Shown here one piece after another: positions 53,480-64,000 of a DNA stretch of 64,000 nucleotides. The stretch is taken from positions 6,644,698 through 6,708,697 of the forward strand of contig OZ037765.1 in NCBI GenBank assembly GCA_964035545.1, written 5' to 3'. This DNA is from Bugula neritina. Lineage: Eukaryota; Animalia; Bryozoa. The position numbers were made by a program, and so were the translations under genes. Under the pieces are notes generated by a model. It worked only from the letters and a program-made list of their open reading frames with translations. It ran no database searches and had not been told where the DNA came from. Position 1 is the first letter of the stretch; each line of letters begins with the position of its first letter.

Positions 53480-53815
53480 TTAATTAGTATAAGTAGTACT
53501 GATGAGTAAATGTAATGACTAAAAGTAAAATTTAAAATTCTAAACCCAAACACTTAAGTTTTAGTAACTTTCACTATATCATAATCATAATGACTAATGT
53601 TATCACTACCAGTACAACTAGTACTAGTAGTAGTACAAGTACAAGGCTAGTACAACAAGTTGAAGTAAAACCAGAACTATTAGTATTACTAAGTCTAATA
53701 CTAATGCTATTGTATTGGTATTACTAAAAGTAAAAGTAAAAATTAAAAGTAAAAGTAAATCTAAGAGTAAAAGTTGTTGCCTAGGCTAATGCCTATTTAC
53801 TAATTTAGTATTTTA
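53480..53815. repeat. 6-bp-periodic TA-rich tract on the FDPS side of the FDPS/HMGCR divergent region
   Basis: e.g. taaaac cagaac tattag tattac taagtc taatac taatgc ... taaaag taaaag ... taaatc taagag taaaag. Confidence 0.8.
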
Positions 53816-53819
53816 GTTT

Positions 53820-54428
53820 CTAAGAACAGTGAGTATCAATTTGCTTAGCAGTCGTAAACGTATTGGCTAAGAATGTGAATAGTGTGTGAAACAGCTTTGT
53901 TTCTCCATAGGCGTGAGCACCCTACAGCTCTGGTCACTAACATTTAATTATAATTATTATTCTGACAAGTATGAACCACTGAGCTGGAATAGATTGAGTT
54001 ATTGAGTTCATTGGTATGAACTATGAAGTTAAGTCGAAGTTTCACTTTGAGAAAATTGCCTGTTGCCAACTTTTAATTTCATACTTGTGCAGAAATACAA
54101 TTAATAGTTGTTATAAATCTTTTAAATATTAAAAATAAATGTGGAACACAGTCAACAAATTGCAACATCAGCTTATATTTTTGACTAATCACTGTCGTTA
54201 TTATTTTATCGATACTTTTTTGTTACGTGTTGATAAACGACCGATATTTTAAACATAGCACATTAGGTCTAACTAGTCGCGCGATGATAGGCCTATAAAC
54301 GAATCGTTATTGCTATCCGAATGTTTATTTTTAGAACAGTTCTAGTTGCTTGGCATTTAAAAAACGGAGTTGCTCATTCAGTCTCGAGCAAAACTCACAG
54401 TTGGCGAGTCGCCATCCGGTCGGTCAAA
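53820..54428. promoter_or_regulatory. Inferred FDPS/HMGCR bidirectional promoter and HMGCR non-coding exon 1
   Basis: CpG-containing window bracketed by two periodic tracts. Perfect DRE TATCGATA 54207-54214. Reverse CCAAT boxes (ATTGG ~53862, ~54010). Initiator-like TCATTC/TCAGTC 54374-54383 followed by a donor aaa|GTAAGA at 54429. The FDPS first exon was not located. Confidence 0.55.
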
Positions 54429-54549
54429 GTAAGAAATAAAATATTACTTAACGGTACGGCTCTAATTTATTAAACTTGTATAATCATTATGATGATCATT
54501 TATCAGTATAATAATGGTCTCAAGGTTTTACTTAGTACCGGTGATGGTA

Positions 54550-54920
54550 ATTCTAATTGTGCTCATAAACTATCACTATCACTATGCGTATACTAATGCT
54601 AATAGTAATAGTTATAGTAATACTTACTCGTAGCTTTAGAGTTACTGTTAGTGTTAGTTGAACCTGAACTTGAAGTTTTACTTTAACTTTTAGCTTAACA
54701 ATGTCATTGTCAATATGAATATCAATATTAATAATAACTATAAGTATAACATAAACTTTAATAACTATAAGATTAAGTGTAACTTATTAAGTTTAAGCCC
54801 AAGTCTAACACTAGTTACTAACAGTAACATTAACATTAACAGACAACAGTAACTCGGTTACTGAGTTAGTGTTACACTTACACTAACTTACTGTTACTGT
54901 TAGTGTTGAAGTTAAACTGG
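54550..54920. repeat. 6-bp-periodic TA-rich tract at the start of the inferred HMGCR intron 1
   Basis: aatgct aatagt aatagt tatagt aatact tactcg tagctt tagagt tactgt tagtgt tagttg aacctg aacttg aagttt tacttt aacttt tagctt. Confidence 0.85.
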
Positions 54921-56837
54921 GTGCAGGTTATTTCGCACACAAGTCTTTTTGTAACCACTTTTTCAGGTCGTTTCGTAGACATCAATATGAATATGATTAT
55001 AAATGAACTAAAATACAAATTTGTTGATATTTATTGTTTGGGGTTAATTCATTATTCATTTTGTGTACAGCAGTTTCACTGAGTTTGTGTACGAAAAGAC
55101 AGGAACTCTTATTAATATTATCACTGCCATATAATATTTGCTTATAGTTTTGTTGTGATGAGTATAATAGTAATTGTAATGACTAATAATAATTATCATT
55201 ATGATCATAGATGAAATTGATTGTGTCTTCAAGTCTATGATTATTCGATTCTGCTTGTAATCCCGATGTGTTATAATGGTTATGACAATCATTCTCATAG
55301 TTTCTAACAGTAACTGTCACCTCTCATGGCTGCCCTCATGGCTCATGCCGTCACTCTGTCTCGCAGCCATAGACTTATAGGCAGTGTTACACTTGCTGAT
55401 TCTTGTACTGTATTTCACTATTACCAGATTACTGAATGAGTTTTAAAAGGACTTTATGATGCTGTTTGCGACTTGCATATTTTTATTTTCTTAGTTGGGG
55501 TTTATTTTTAGGAATTACAATTAGAAAGATTAATGAACAAAATAATAATGAAAATTTTGGTCTGATGTTTTGTAAGCCTGCTTTTAAATAGAACTGTAGG
55601 CTATTTCAGTTTCTAGACTAGTGACCTTACAGTAACACTGAGAGTTAGTCTACAGCCAGGATAATGACCCAACCTTATTGTTAAATTCTGACATCAGCTC
55701 ATTTAATTTACAAAGCTGCTGCTCTTGGTGGTGCTACTAGTAACTGAGGCTTTAGTTTTTATTAGACAAGTGTGCTGCCTTCTGCTTCTAGAACTACCAA
55801 ATTACGTATTCATATAATTTATATTAATCTATTGAAGTAATTCTTATAAATTAATATTTGTAAACTTTGCTGACTTTCCAGTAAAGTTTTTGTTGGGGAA
55901 TTACATGGCTATATACCTACACTAATACAGTAATTTTAATTTCAAATAATGAACTATATGAACAGATCTGGAGTTGTGACATCTTTGCACTGTATATCAG
56001 TGATTTTTGTAGGAAATTGATGCAATAAAATATTTTTTGTTTGTAATGGCCGACTATAAAACCCCAATAGCAATAGCAAAACCTGTATGCATAATAAATC
56101 ACTTTCTTAATAAAAGTAATATTATGCAGTTGTGAAGCGTGCAAGTCAGTACAGTACAATATAGTACAATGTGTATAATGTCAGTTGTCAAAAAAGTTAC
56201 CAATCTAATCATGCTAAGCTTAAAAATTTGAATTTAGTTTGTATTATGAAATAAAATTTGGAGGCCTAACAGTTTGCTAGAATTAGAACAGCACTCCTGA
56301 CATATTGAGGGCAGTGCTTTTGTCCAAAGTCTCGTACATGTCAATGTCATTTCCAGGCACCCCAGCAGAAAAAGAGTTGTCTATTGACTAGTTATTGAGT
56401 GTGATTGGAGCTTTAGCAGTGTTATTTTAGATCAAGTATTGATAATGTTCGTTTTTTTCTTGCCCACCATGTCCTATGACTAATATACCCTCCAAGATAT
56501 TCTCAATTTATTCAAATTTATGCAATGTGCAGTGAGACTTAAAAGTGCAATATAACACATAACCTGTCATGACTACCAAGTGTGCATGAATATAAAGCGT
56601 GATCTCACTACTCATTATTCACGCGTGCCCTAGTATAACATAAGCTGATGTGCATGCATCTCATGCCATTATTTAACCAGTGTTTAGCCCACTCCTGCGC
56701 AGTGCTTTGTTGAACGGTATTTCATCAACATTGCGAGTGGGCTCACTGGTTACTATCAACTCGCACACCTATGCGAAGCAACCATTAATAGAGTTCAACC
56801 ACACCTGTACTGAAGTGAATGTTTTAGGATTAGCAAA

Positions 56838-59800
56838 ATGCCGTTCACAAACATTTTCCGAGCTCATGGTCAGTTTTGCGCATCACATCCATGGGAGGTG
56901 ATAGTTGCCACAGTTACTATTACGATGTGCATGATGTCCTTCAGCATGCTCACTGGAGACCCCCAACTCTGTGGGTGGAACTACAAATGTGAAAATTTGG
57001 AGGTAGGTAACAAAGAGAATAGATGTGCGAGATTTTAATTATAGACATCAGCATGTACTAGCATATGACTGGGGTTTTCTCCTTATTCAACTGATTTCTA
57101 GTTGCATACTATAATGGCATTTTATAATAATAAATCTCTTTGATTGTGTATGATTGTCAATTACCCAATACTGAGCTTACCTGAATTTCTTAGCATATAA
57201 TTCCAAATCTATATGACTTTATTCTCTGTAGTGTTCTGCCTTTTTTGAACCCGGATATCTAATTATTTTTGTTGCACATTTTAGGCGGATGTTAAAAGCT
57301 CAGATATATTAATACTGACAATTACCAAGTGTTTAGCAGTAGTGTACGTGTATCTCCAATTCAAATCTCTTCGGAGAATTGGCTCCAAGTATTTGCTAGG
57401 TATGTACCTAAAGTTTCCTGTTTCTCCCAGTAAAATATAACAGTTTGTGTTCTTATGTTGGTCTTACCCTTTGGGCAATTTATTCCCTTCTGTATGGTAT
57501 TTAGATCAGGACGGACTAGTTTCTAGTTTCGTTTATATAGCATTGAACTCTGCAGAAATATTTTGGCTATATCTCAAGTACAACTTTAGAGCTGATGTTT
57601 AGTGCATTTTTGCACTCAATTAATCTTCACTTAATCAGCTTGAGCAACCTGGTTTGGATTTTGCTGTCTGGTAGAGAAGATAGTTAGCAAAAACTATTGA
57701 GTTGTGTTAATTTTCCTTTGTTAAATATTGCAATAGACTCTTGATATTTGTAGCAGTGTGCTAAGTATATATTTTATGTGTTGAAATCATTCTAGTGACT
57801 AATAATCTGTATATTGCAGCAGCTAAGAATATCATATCATAAAAGTCAATAGTAATCAGTATTTATTCTCTGAGGCCTAACATCACTGAACTGAAAGCAA
57901 CATCATCAGTCTGTGAACTTAACTGAAATGTGCACACAGCATTTATTACAAGACTCAGTTGCATGATGCACAACTCCCAAATGTATTTAATTGGCTAAGA
58001 TATTACTAATATTACTGTATTAGCTAAGATATTACTTGATATTTTACTACTGAATGAATGTTTCTAGTCAGTAGTCAGCCCTGCATTACTGGCTATGACT
58101 TGTTACATTGTATTGATTTAACTAAACCATGTTTAGAATAGGAAGTCATGTTTTCCTCATCTTATTCTCTGCTTGATAGTGACTCACAAAATTTCCTTAG
58201 ATTTTTCAGTTAGACTTTGGACTATGGAATAGCACAGTATTTTGACAATATGGTACATTAGCCAGTTTCAAAGGTTTTCCCAACACTTATTGCAATACTG
58301 TAGAAATACTTATACTTGCTATAATTAGAATTGGACATGTTTTGTAGGTCTGGCTGGACTATTTACAGTGTTCTCCAGCTTTGTGTTTAGCACTGCTGTG
58401 GTTAACCTGGCAGGCAGTGACCTCACTGGTCTCAAGTAAGTCTCTGAGCTAACTTAGTCCATGTACCCTTCCTAAAACCTTCTAAATACAGTGTATGTGG
58501 TCCTCAGGCTACATTCTTATGATACTTATGATACTAGATCAGTGGTTCCCAGCATTTTCCAGCTTTTCATTCTTCTCACTGATTTAAGTATTTTTTTCTT
58601 AACCTATGCCTTGTTTTCTAACATTAAATTATATTGTATAGTAAACCACAATCGGTCATTAATTAGAAGTTGATAAATGCTACAAATTTCTCTCAAGTGC
58701 CCCAAAGTTTATACTGAAATCAGCTCACCAAGTTACGGATATGGAAGCAGCATATGCTCTGTTCTGTTTCAGTGAGGCTCTGCCATTCTTCCTTCTTCTG
58801 GTTGATCTCTCTAAGGCCTGCGCCTTGGCCCGGTTTGCTCTCAGCGCCAAGGACCAGAATGAAGTGCGAGATAATATAGCTAAGGGGATGGCAGTGCTCG
58901 GCCCCACAATGACTTTGGATGCCCTGGTAGAATCTCTGGCTATTGGTGTTGGAATGCTCTCTGGTAAGCAATGCTACTTGACTTTTGTTCCTGGTGTTCC
59001 CCTTCGGCTCATGTGCTATATGTCTTTATATTCTATCGGCATAATCTGTAATGTTCAATTATTCATATGCTTAAGATGTGTATACTTGATGAATTTTATG
59101 TCCGTTCTAGTAAATTCTGTCATTGGTTTTATGAGCTTGCAACCATTTGCCTAGCCAGCAGTTTTCTTATGTGTGAAGTTCTAAATGTATAAAATACGAG
59201 TATTTGTAACACAGATGTATTTATATATAGTAGTCATCGTTAAATGATACTAAACCTCTAACATACAAATTTACAGGCCTGAAGCAGTTGGAAACAATGT
59301 GCTGCTTTGGTTGTCTGTCAGTTGTGGCCAACTACTTTGCCTTCATGACGTTCTACCCGGCCTGCTTGTCTCTGATTCTGGAGACTTCTCAGAGTCTGAG
59401 GGAGAAGACCAGCATCTGGCACCTGACCGTCCTCCTGGAGGAAGAGGAGGACAAGAAACCCAACCCTGTCACTCAGAGAGTCAAGATGATTATGGTAATC
59501 TATCTCCTATGCAGTTCGTGTCAGTGTGCATGGATACAGCATGCAATACACAAGTTACTTCAGCTGTTATACACTGCGTTTCCATCATTCACATTGAATG
59601 GAGTTTTAATTTGCCTAATGGAAATGGTTACATCGAAGGGAACCATGAGTTAATGCAAACCACATGCACAAATTAATCATGTAAAAGCAATGATAAAGTG
59701 ATGAGCAATTGTAATGAATGAAATCCATTTATAGTACTCTGTAAAATTGTCTGCAAGTTTAACTATTTTGGGAGATTTTGAAATGTTTGGAGGGAACTCT

Positions 59801-62800
59801 GTAAAAACAATATTTTACTTGTACTATCACAAAGATACTAGGTTATTATATTTTACACAGAAGTAGGGAATAAACACACAAACAAAAAGTAATAGGTTGG
59901 CACTAAAAGTAGGTAAACTATAACAATGAATGCATGACATTAGGTGCAGTAAAACTGTAATTAAGAGTACAATAGGTAACATCCTACTTTACAGCACTAT
60001 AATATGTTTATTAGGTTTGTCTATTATGATATTGAATACAATAGATGCTCATTACATAAAAATTTCCAACCCAAATTTAGTCAAGTGTAAAAGGAACTAA
60101 TCGTTACATTTTTTGTCATATTAGTTATGTAATGTTGAGTTCATACATGTTGCACTGCATTAAACTCCTGAATCACTTATTATACTGGCATCTCTAGAAG
60201 CATATTTGACTCCTTATAATCTTAAACCTTTCCTTTGTAGTCTGCGGGTCTTGTGCTGGTACACGCGCACAGTCGATGGGTACTGAGTCATACTGATGAT
60301 CAATCAGCTGCTGATATGGCATTCAACGAGATGAACGTTAAAGTTACACCCGAGATGCCTCTTTGGCAATTTTATTTGTTGAGGTGTGAATACGTTATAC
60401 TTCTTTACATGTATGATAGAAATGATTAAATTGCTTCATTAAATTACTGTAATGGGCATATTTTGTAATAAATATTCACCATATTGATTGAAAATGTGCA
60501 GTGGGAAAGGAATCTATGCTAATCTCGGCTTTAGTAATTCAAATATTGAAAGTCCTGTTATTGGACGCTATGCATCTTCCGTGTTGATGTTTTTAGTTAC
60601 TGTACAGGAAGTTTAGAGTGTATTCGTGGTACTATCTAAAAAATCATCAAGTTATATGAAATGCCTTGTAGGTTAGCCCATATGAACATTGACTATTCCA
60701 TTACACTGGGCTTAGCCTGTGCTCTCGCCCTAAAGTACACCTTCCTAGACAGTGATCCTGAAGAGCCCGTAGCGACGACCAGCTCGCCTTCCGAGTCTAA
60801 TGCCACGGAGCTTCCTGTTGCAACTGCAGACGCTGTTGCAGACAGCTCTGTCACCACACAAGGTGGGCATCCGTTGTAGCGCTGTCGCATGAATGTGGAT
60901 ACTAGTGACATTTATTGGAGGTTGCTGCCGCTGCTGCCTTCAACTAAGATTATGCCGGGCTCCTGGCGAGATGCTGAGGTCATAGTAACGTCTGCTGCCA
61001 TCTAATCAATGAATCTAACCTCAATTTCCTTCTCTCAATGGGATCTAAAAGTCAATAGTTTGTACTTTGTCTGGAAAGTGTCATAAGCCTTCCAGCTGTT
61101 TCAGTGGCAAAATGTGTGGTTATCGGACATTCTAATACACGTGGAGAAGATTTGATTCAAAAGTGTATAGTTTTGCACATTGAGTGGCAATGCTAAAGTG
61201 CCTTTCATCTTGTGTGTATTTAGTTCAGCCTGAAGTGCCAGTGGCCAGCTTCCAGATAGGTGAGGATTCTGATGAGGATCCAATAGAAAAGGAAGACAAG
61301 GCTGTGCAGACTCTCTCTATAGAAACACTGGGCCCTCTAGACATCAAAGCTGAGCAGCCAGAACTCCGATCTCTAGAGGAGTGTCTGGCTATATTCAAAT
61401 CTGACGTGAGTTCTTAGAATTGTTGGTAATCCCCTGCTATTATCTCGTCTACCCTGTCTATCCTGTATGTATAGAAGAAGTTAGTTAGCGAGTATTTTGT
61501 GTTTCTCTTGATAGTTTTTCCAGTATATTGAGATCTATCCTTTACTGAATGTCTTGAAGCTTTTGGTTTATAGCAATTAATTAAAATACTTCATATTGTC
61601 ACAGCTCTAGTTTTATGTGTATAGTGGGAATACTTCATATTGTCACAGCTCTAGTTTTATGTGTATAGTGGGAATACTTCATATTGTCACAGCTCTAGTT
61701 TTATGTGTATAGTGGGAATACTTCATATTGTCACAGCTCTAGTTTTCTACCTACAGAAAGGCCCAGCAGCTCTTACTGATGCCGAGATATTGACTCTAGT
61801 TCGAAACAAGCATATCCCAGCTTATAAACTGGAGGCAGCGCTAGGTCAGCCTGAGAGAGGTGTGGCTGTGAGGAGACAACTCATACAGAATGACTTGCCC
61901 AGTCACACAGCACTAGAAAATCTACCTCACAAGTATGTTTATATCAATACGATAGTCTGCTGGCTAGATATAGTAATACCATAGAGTAAGGTAACTCCCA
62001 GAACCTATAAGTTTCTATTATCACATAGATTAGATAGAGTAAATCATGCATTCAACAGTCTTGATTTGTGACAGACACTACGACTACTCATTGGTGGACG
62101 GAGCCTGTGCTGAGAATGTGATTGGATACATGCCAGTACCTGTGGGAGTTGCAGGCCCCCTCCTTCTCGATGGTCGTAAATACACAGTTCCCATGGCAAC
62201 TACCGAGGGCTGCCTGATTGCCAGTACTAACAGAGGGTGTCGAGCTATATCCGTATGTATCATATATGTCAATACTTCTAATCTCGTATTTCTTTTCTAT
62301 GTTGAAAACAATTTAGTTTATGCATTTCTGGCATTGCATTAAACTCGGGTTTTGATTTATACAGATGTCAGGCGGTGTATCCAGCTCCATCTCAAGTGAT
62401 GGAATGACCAGAGCTCCTTTAGTCCAACTACCAACCATGCTTCAGGCTAAAGAAGTTCAAGATTTTATAAAAACTTCAGATGGATTTTCCTTACTGAAAG
62501 TCGAGTTTGATTCGACTAGCAGGTAAGTCATTCTGAAATCCTAAAATAAATGGCTAAAAATTGAATATTACTGTTATGTTGAATTTAAAAATAATTAAGA
62601 TAAAAATCACTGCACATGTTTTTAATTTCTAGCGTTTAACCAATCATAATGATGTAGTTTATACGTTGCCAGTCAGTTTACTTGTGAAGAATCTTTTTAC
62701 ACTGTTACAAAATTCACCAGGTCTAGCATATGGTTCTGCATGAACTTAGAGATCGTGTTTACTAATAGGTTTGCCAGACTGGAGTCTATCGACTGCCAAC

Positions 62801-64000
62801 AAAAAGGTCGCCTTCTGTACATCCGATTCAAGTGTCAGACAGGGGATGCTATGGGTATGAATATGGTGTCTAAGGGGTGTGAGAAGGTCTTGAAGAAGTT
62901 GCAGGAGCTGCATGATGACTTAGAAATTCTCTCTCTGTCTGGGAACTACTGTGTAGATAAGAAACCTTCAGCTATCAATTGGTGAGCATTTTATGCTGTC
63001 TGTTTGTCCTCATATGCTGTTTATTAGTCCTTTACATGCTGTCTGTTTGTCCTTTACATGCTGTCTGTTTGTCCTCATACGCTGTCTGTTTGTCCTCATG
63101 TAGGAAGAGTGCATATTATTTTCGCAAAAAGAGCTTCTTAATCAGTGGTTAGGGTGTAATGTTAGTTCATACTAAGCATAGCTATAGTATGTACCAGCAG
63201 GCATTGACTTGAATATAAATGAAATATTGTTCATTACTGTTAATATAGTTAATTATTTTTCAGTTGTCTTCTCTCTGCAGGGATGTTGTGGTAATGTACT
63301 GCTGGGGTGATAAGTTATGTATTAGATGTTGTCTCTGCCTACATGCTTATATATCTCTTGTAGGATTGAAGGCCGAGGCAAGTCAGTGGTATGTGAGGCA
63401 GTTATACCCGCCAGTGTAGTCAAGACAGTACTCAAGACTACAGTCCCCGCTCTCGTTGAGTTGAACTTTAAGAAGAATTTTGTTGGCTCATCAGTAGCTG
63501 GTAGTATTGGAGGAAACAACGCACACGCTGCTAATGTCGTAGCAGCTATATTTATCGCATGCGGACAGGTAACCTCAATCAACTTACATAAACAGTTGAC
63601 ATAACTTTAAATTTAGTCCCTATACCGATTGGCTTCTATATTACAATACTTCACTGTTTCCTAAAATGAATCATTAAAAACATTTTTTGGTGCTAGAATT
63701 GTCTTCAAATAAAAGTCATGTATACTGAGTTTGCATTGTTATGTAATATCTATTCCAGGACGCTGCCCAAGTGGTTGGCAGCTCCAATTGTCTAACTCTG
63801 ATGGAGCCCACCGGACCTACTCACGAAGATCTAATGATTAGTTGCACAATGCCTACAATGGAAGTTGGAACAGTTGGGGGCGGTACAGTTCTCGGCCCGC
63901 AGTCAGCCTGCCTCAGTATGCTAGGAGTCAAGGGTTCTTGTGTGGAAGAACCTGGGCGTAACGCCCAGACTTTGGCTAGAGTTATATGCGCTGCCGTTTT
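56838..64000 (+). CDS. HMGCR: 3-hydroxy-3-methylglutaryl-CoA reductase (class I, with sterol-sensing domain), 3'-partial
   Basis: Exons 56838-57002, 57285-57399, 58348-58435, 58773-58963, 59277-59494, 60241-60383, 60672-60862, 61224-61405, 61757-61932, 62075-62252, 62365-62522, 62769-62981, 63364-63568, 63759->64000. Motifs [96 protein letters not shown]. Confidence 0.98.
61585..61746. repeat. 44-bp minisatellite, ~3.7 copies, ending 10 bp before an HMGCR splice acceptor
   Basis: Unit aatacttcatattgtcacagctctagttttatgtgtatagtggg starts at 61585, 61629, 61673 and 61717; acceptor AG at 61755-61756. Confidence 0.95.
62992..63100. repeat. ~21-23-bp tandem repeat (atgctgtctgtttgtcctcat), ~5 copies, just after an HMGCR donor
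   Basis: Repeated gctgtctgtttgtcct units beginning ~10 bp after the GT at 62982. Confidence 0.85.

Noticed and set aside
53908-53917. Sterol regulatory element (taggcgtgag) in the FDPS/HMGCR interval
   Set aside because: Only a partial match to ATCAC(C/G)CCAC; cannot be distinguished from chance without a PWM scan or conservation.
61585-61746. CRISPR-like array
   Set aside because: Contiguous identical units with no unique spacers, in a eukaryotic intron with no cas genes; the same applies to 9725-9894.

Overview
AT-rich, intron-containing DNA from an invertebrate animal (GT-AG introns of roughly 0.1-1.6 kb; the taxon cannot be fixed from sequence alone). Reading splice sites by hand gives nine host genes: the 3' two-thirds of MAGI (+, four PDZ domains), CCDC90B/MCUR1-like (-), alpha-endosulfine/ARPP19 (-, absent from the ORF track), PIGO (+), two tandem orphan single-pass membrane proteins with a CUB-like ectodomain (-), RAB5IF/C20orf24 (-), farnesyl diphosphate synthase (-) and HMG-CoA reductase (+, runs off the window). 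FDPS and HMGCR, two mevalonate-pathway enzymes, sit head-to-head. An intact, very young Ty3/Gypsy LTR retrotransposon (LTRs 197/198 identical) lies between them. The window also holds a tRNA-derived SINE family (3 copies), three foldback/MITE-like elements and minisatellites abutting splice sites. The least explained signal is a set of drifting 6-bp-periodic TA-rich tracts found near the 5' end of all six conserved genes whose 5' ends are in the window. All exon boundaries are manual inferences, not transcript-verified.
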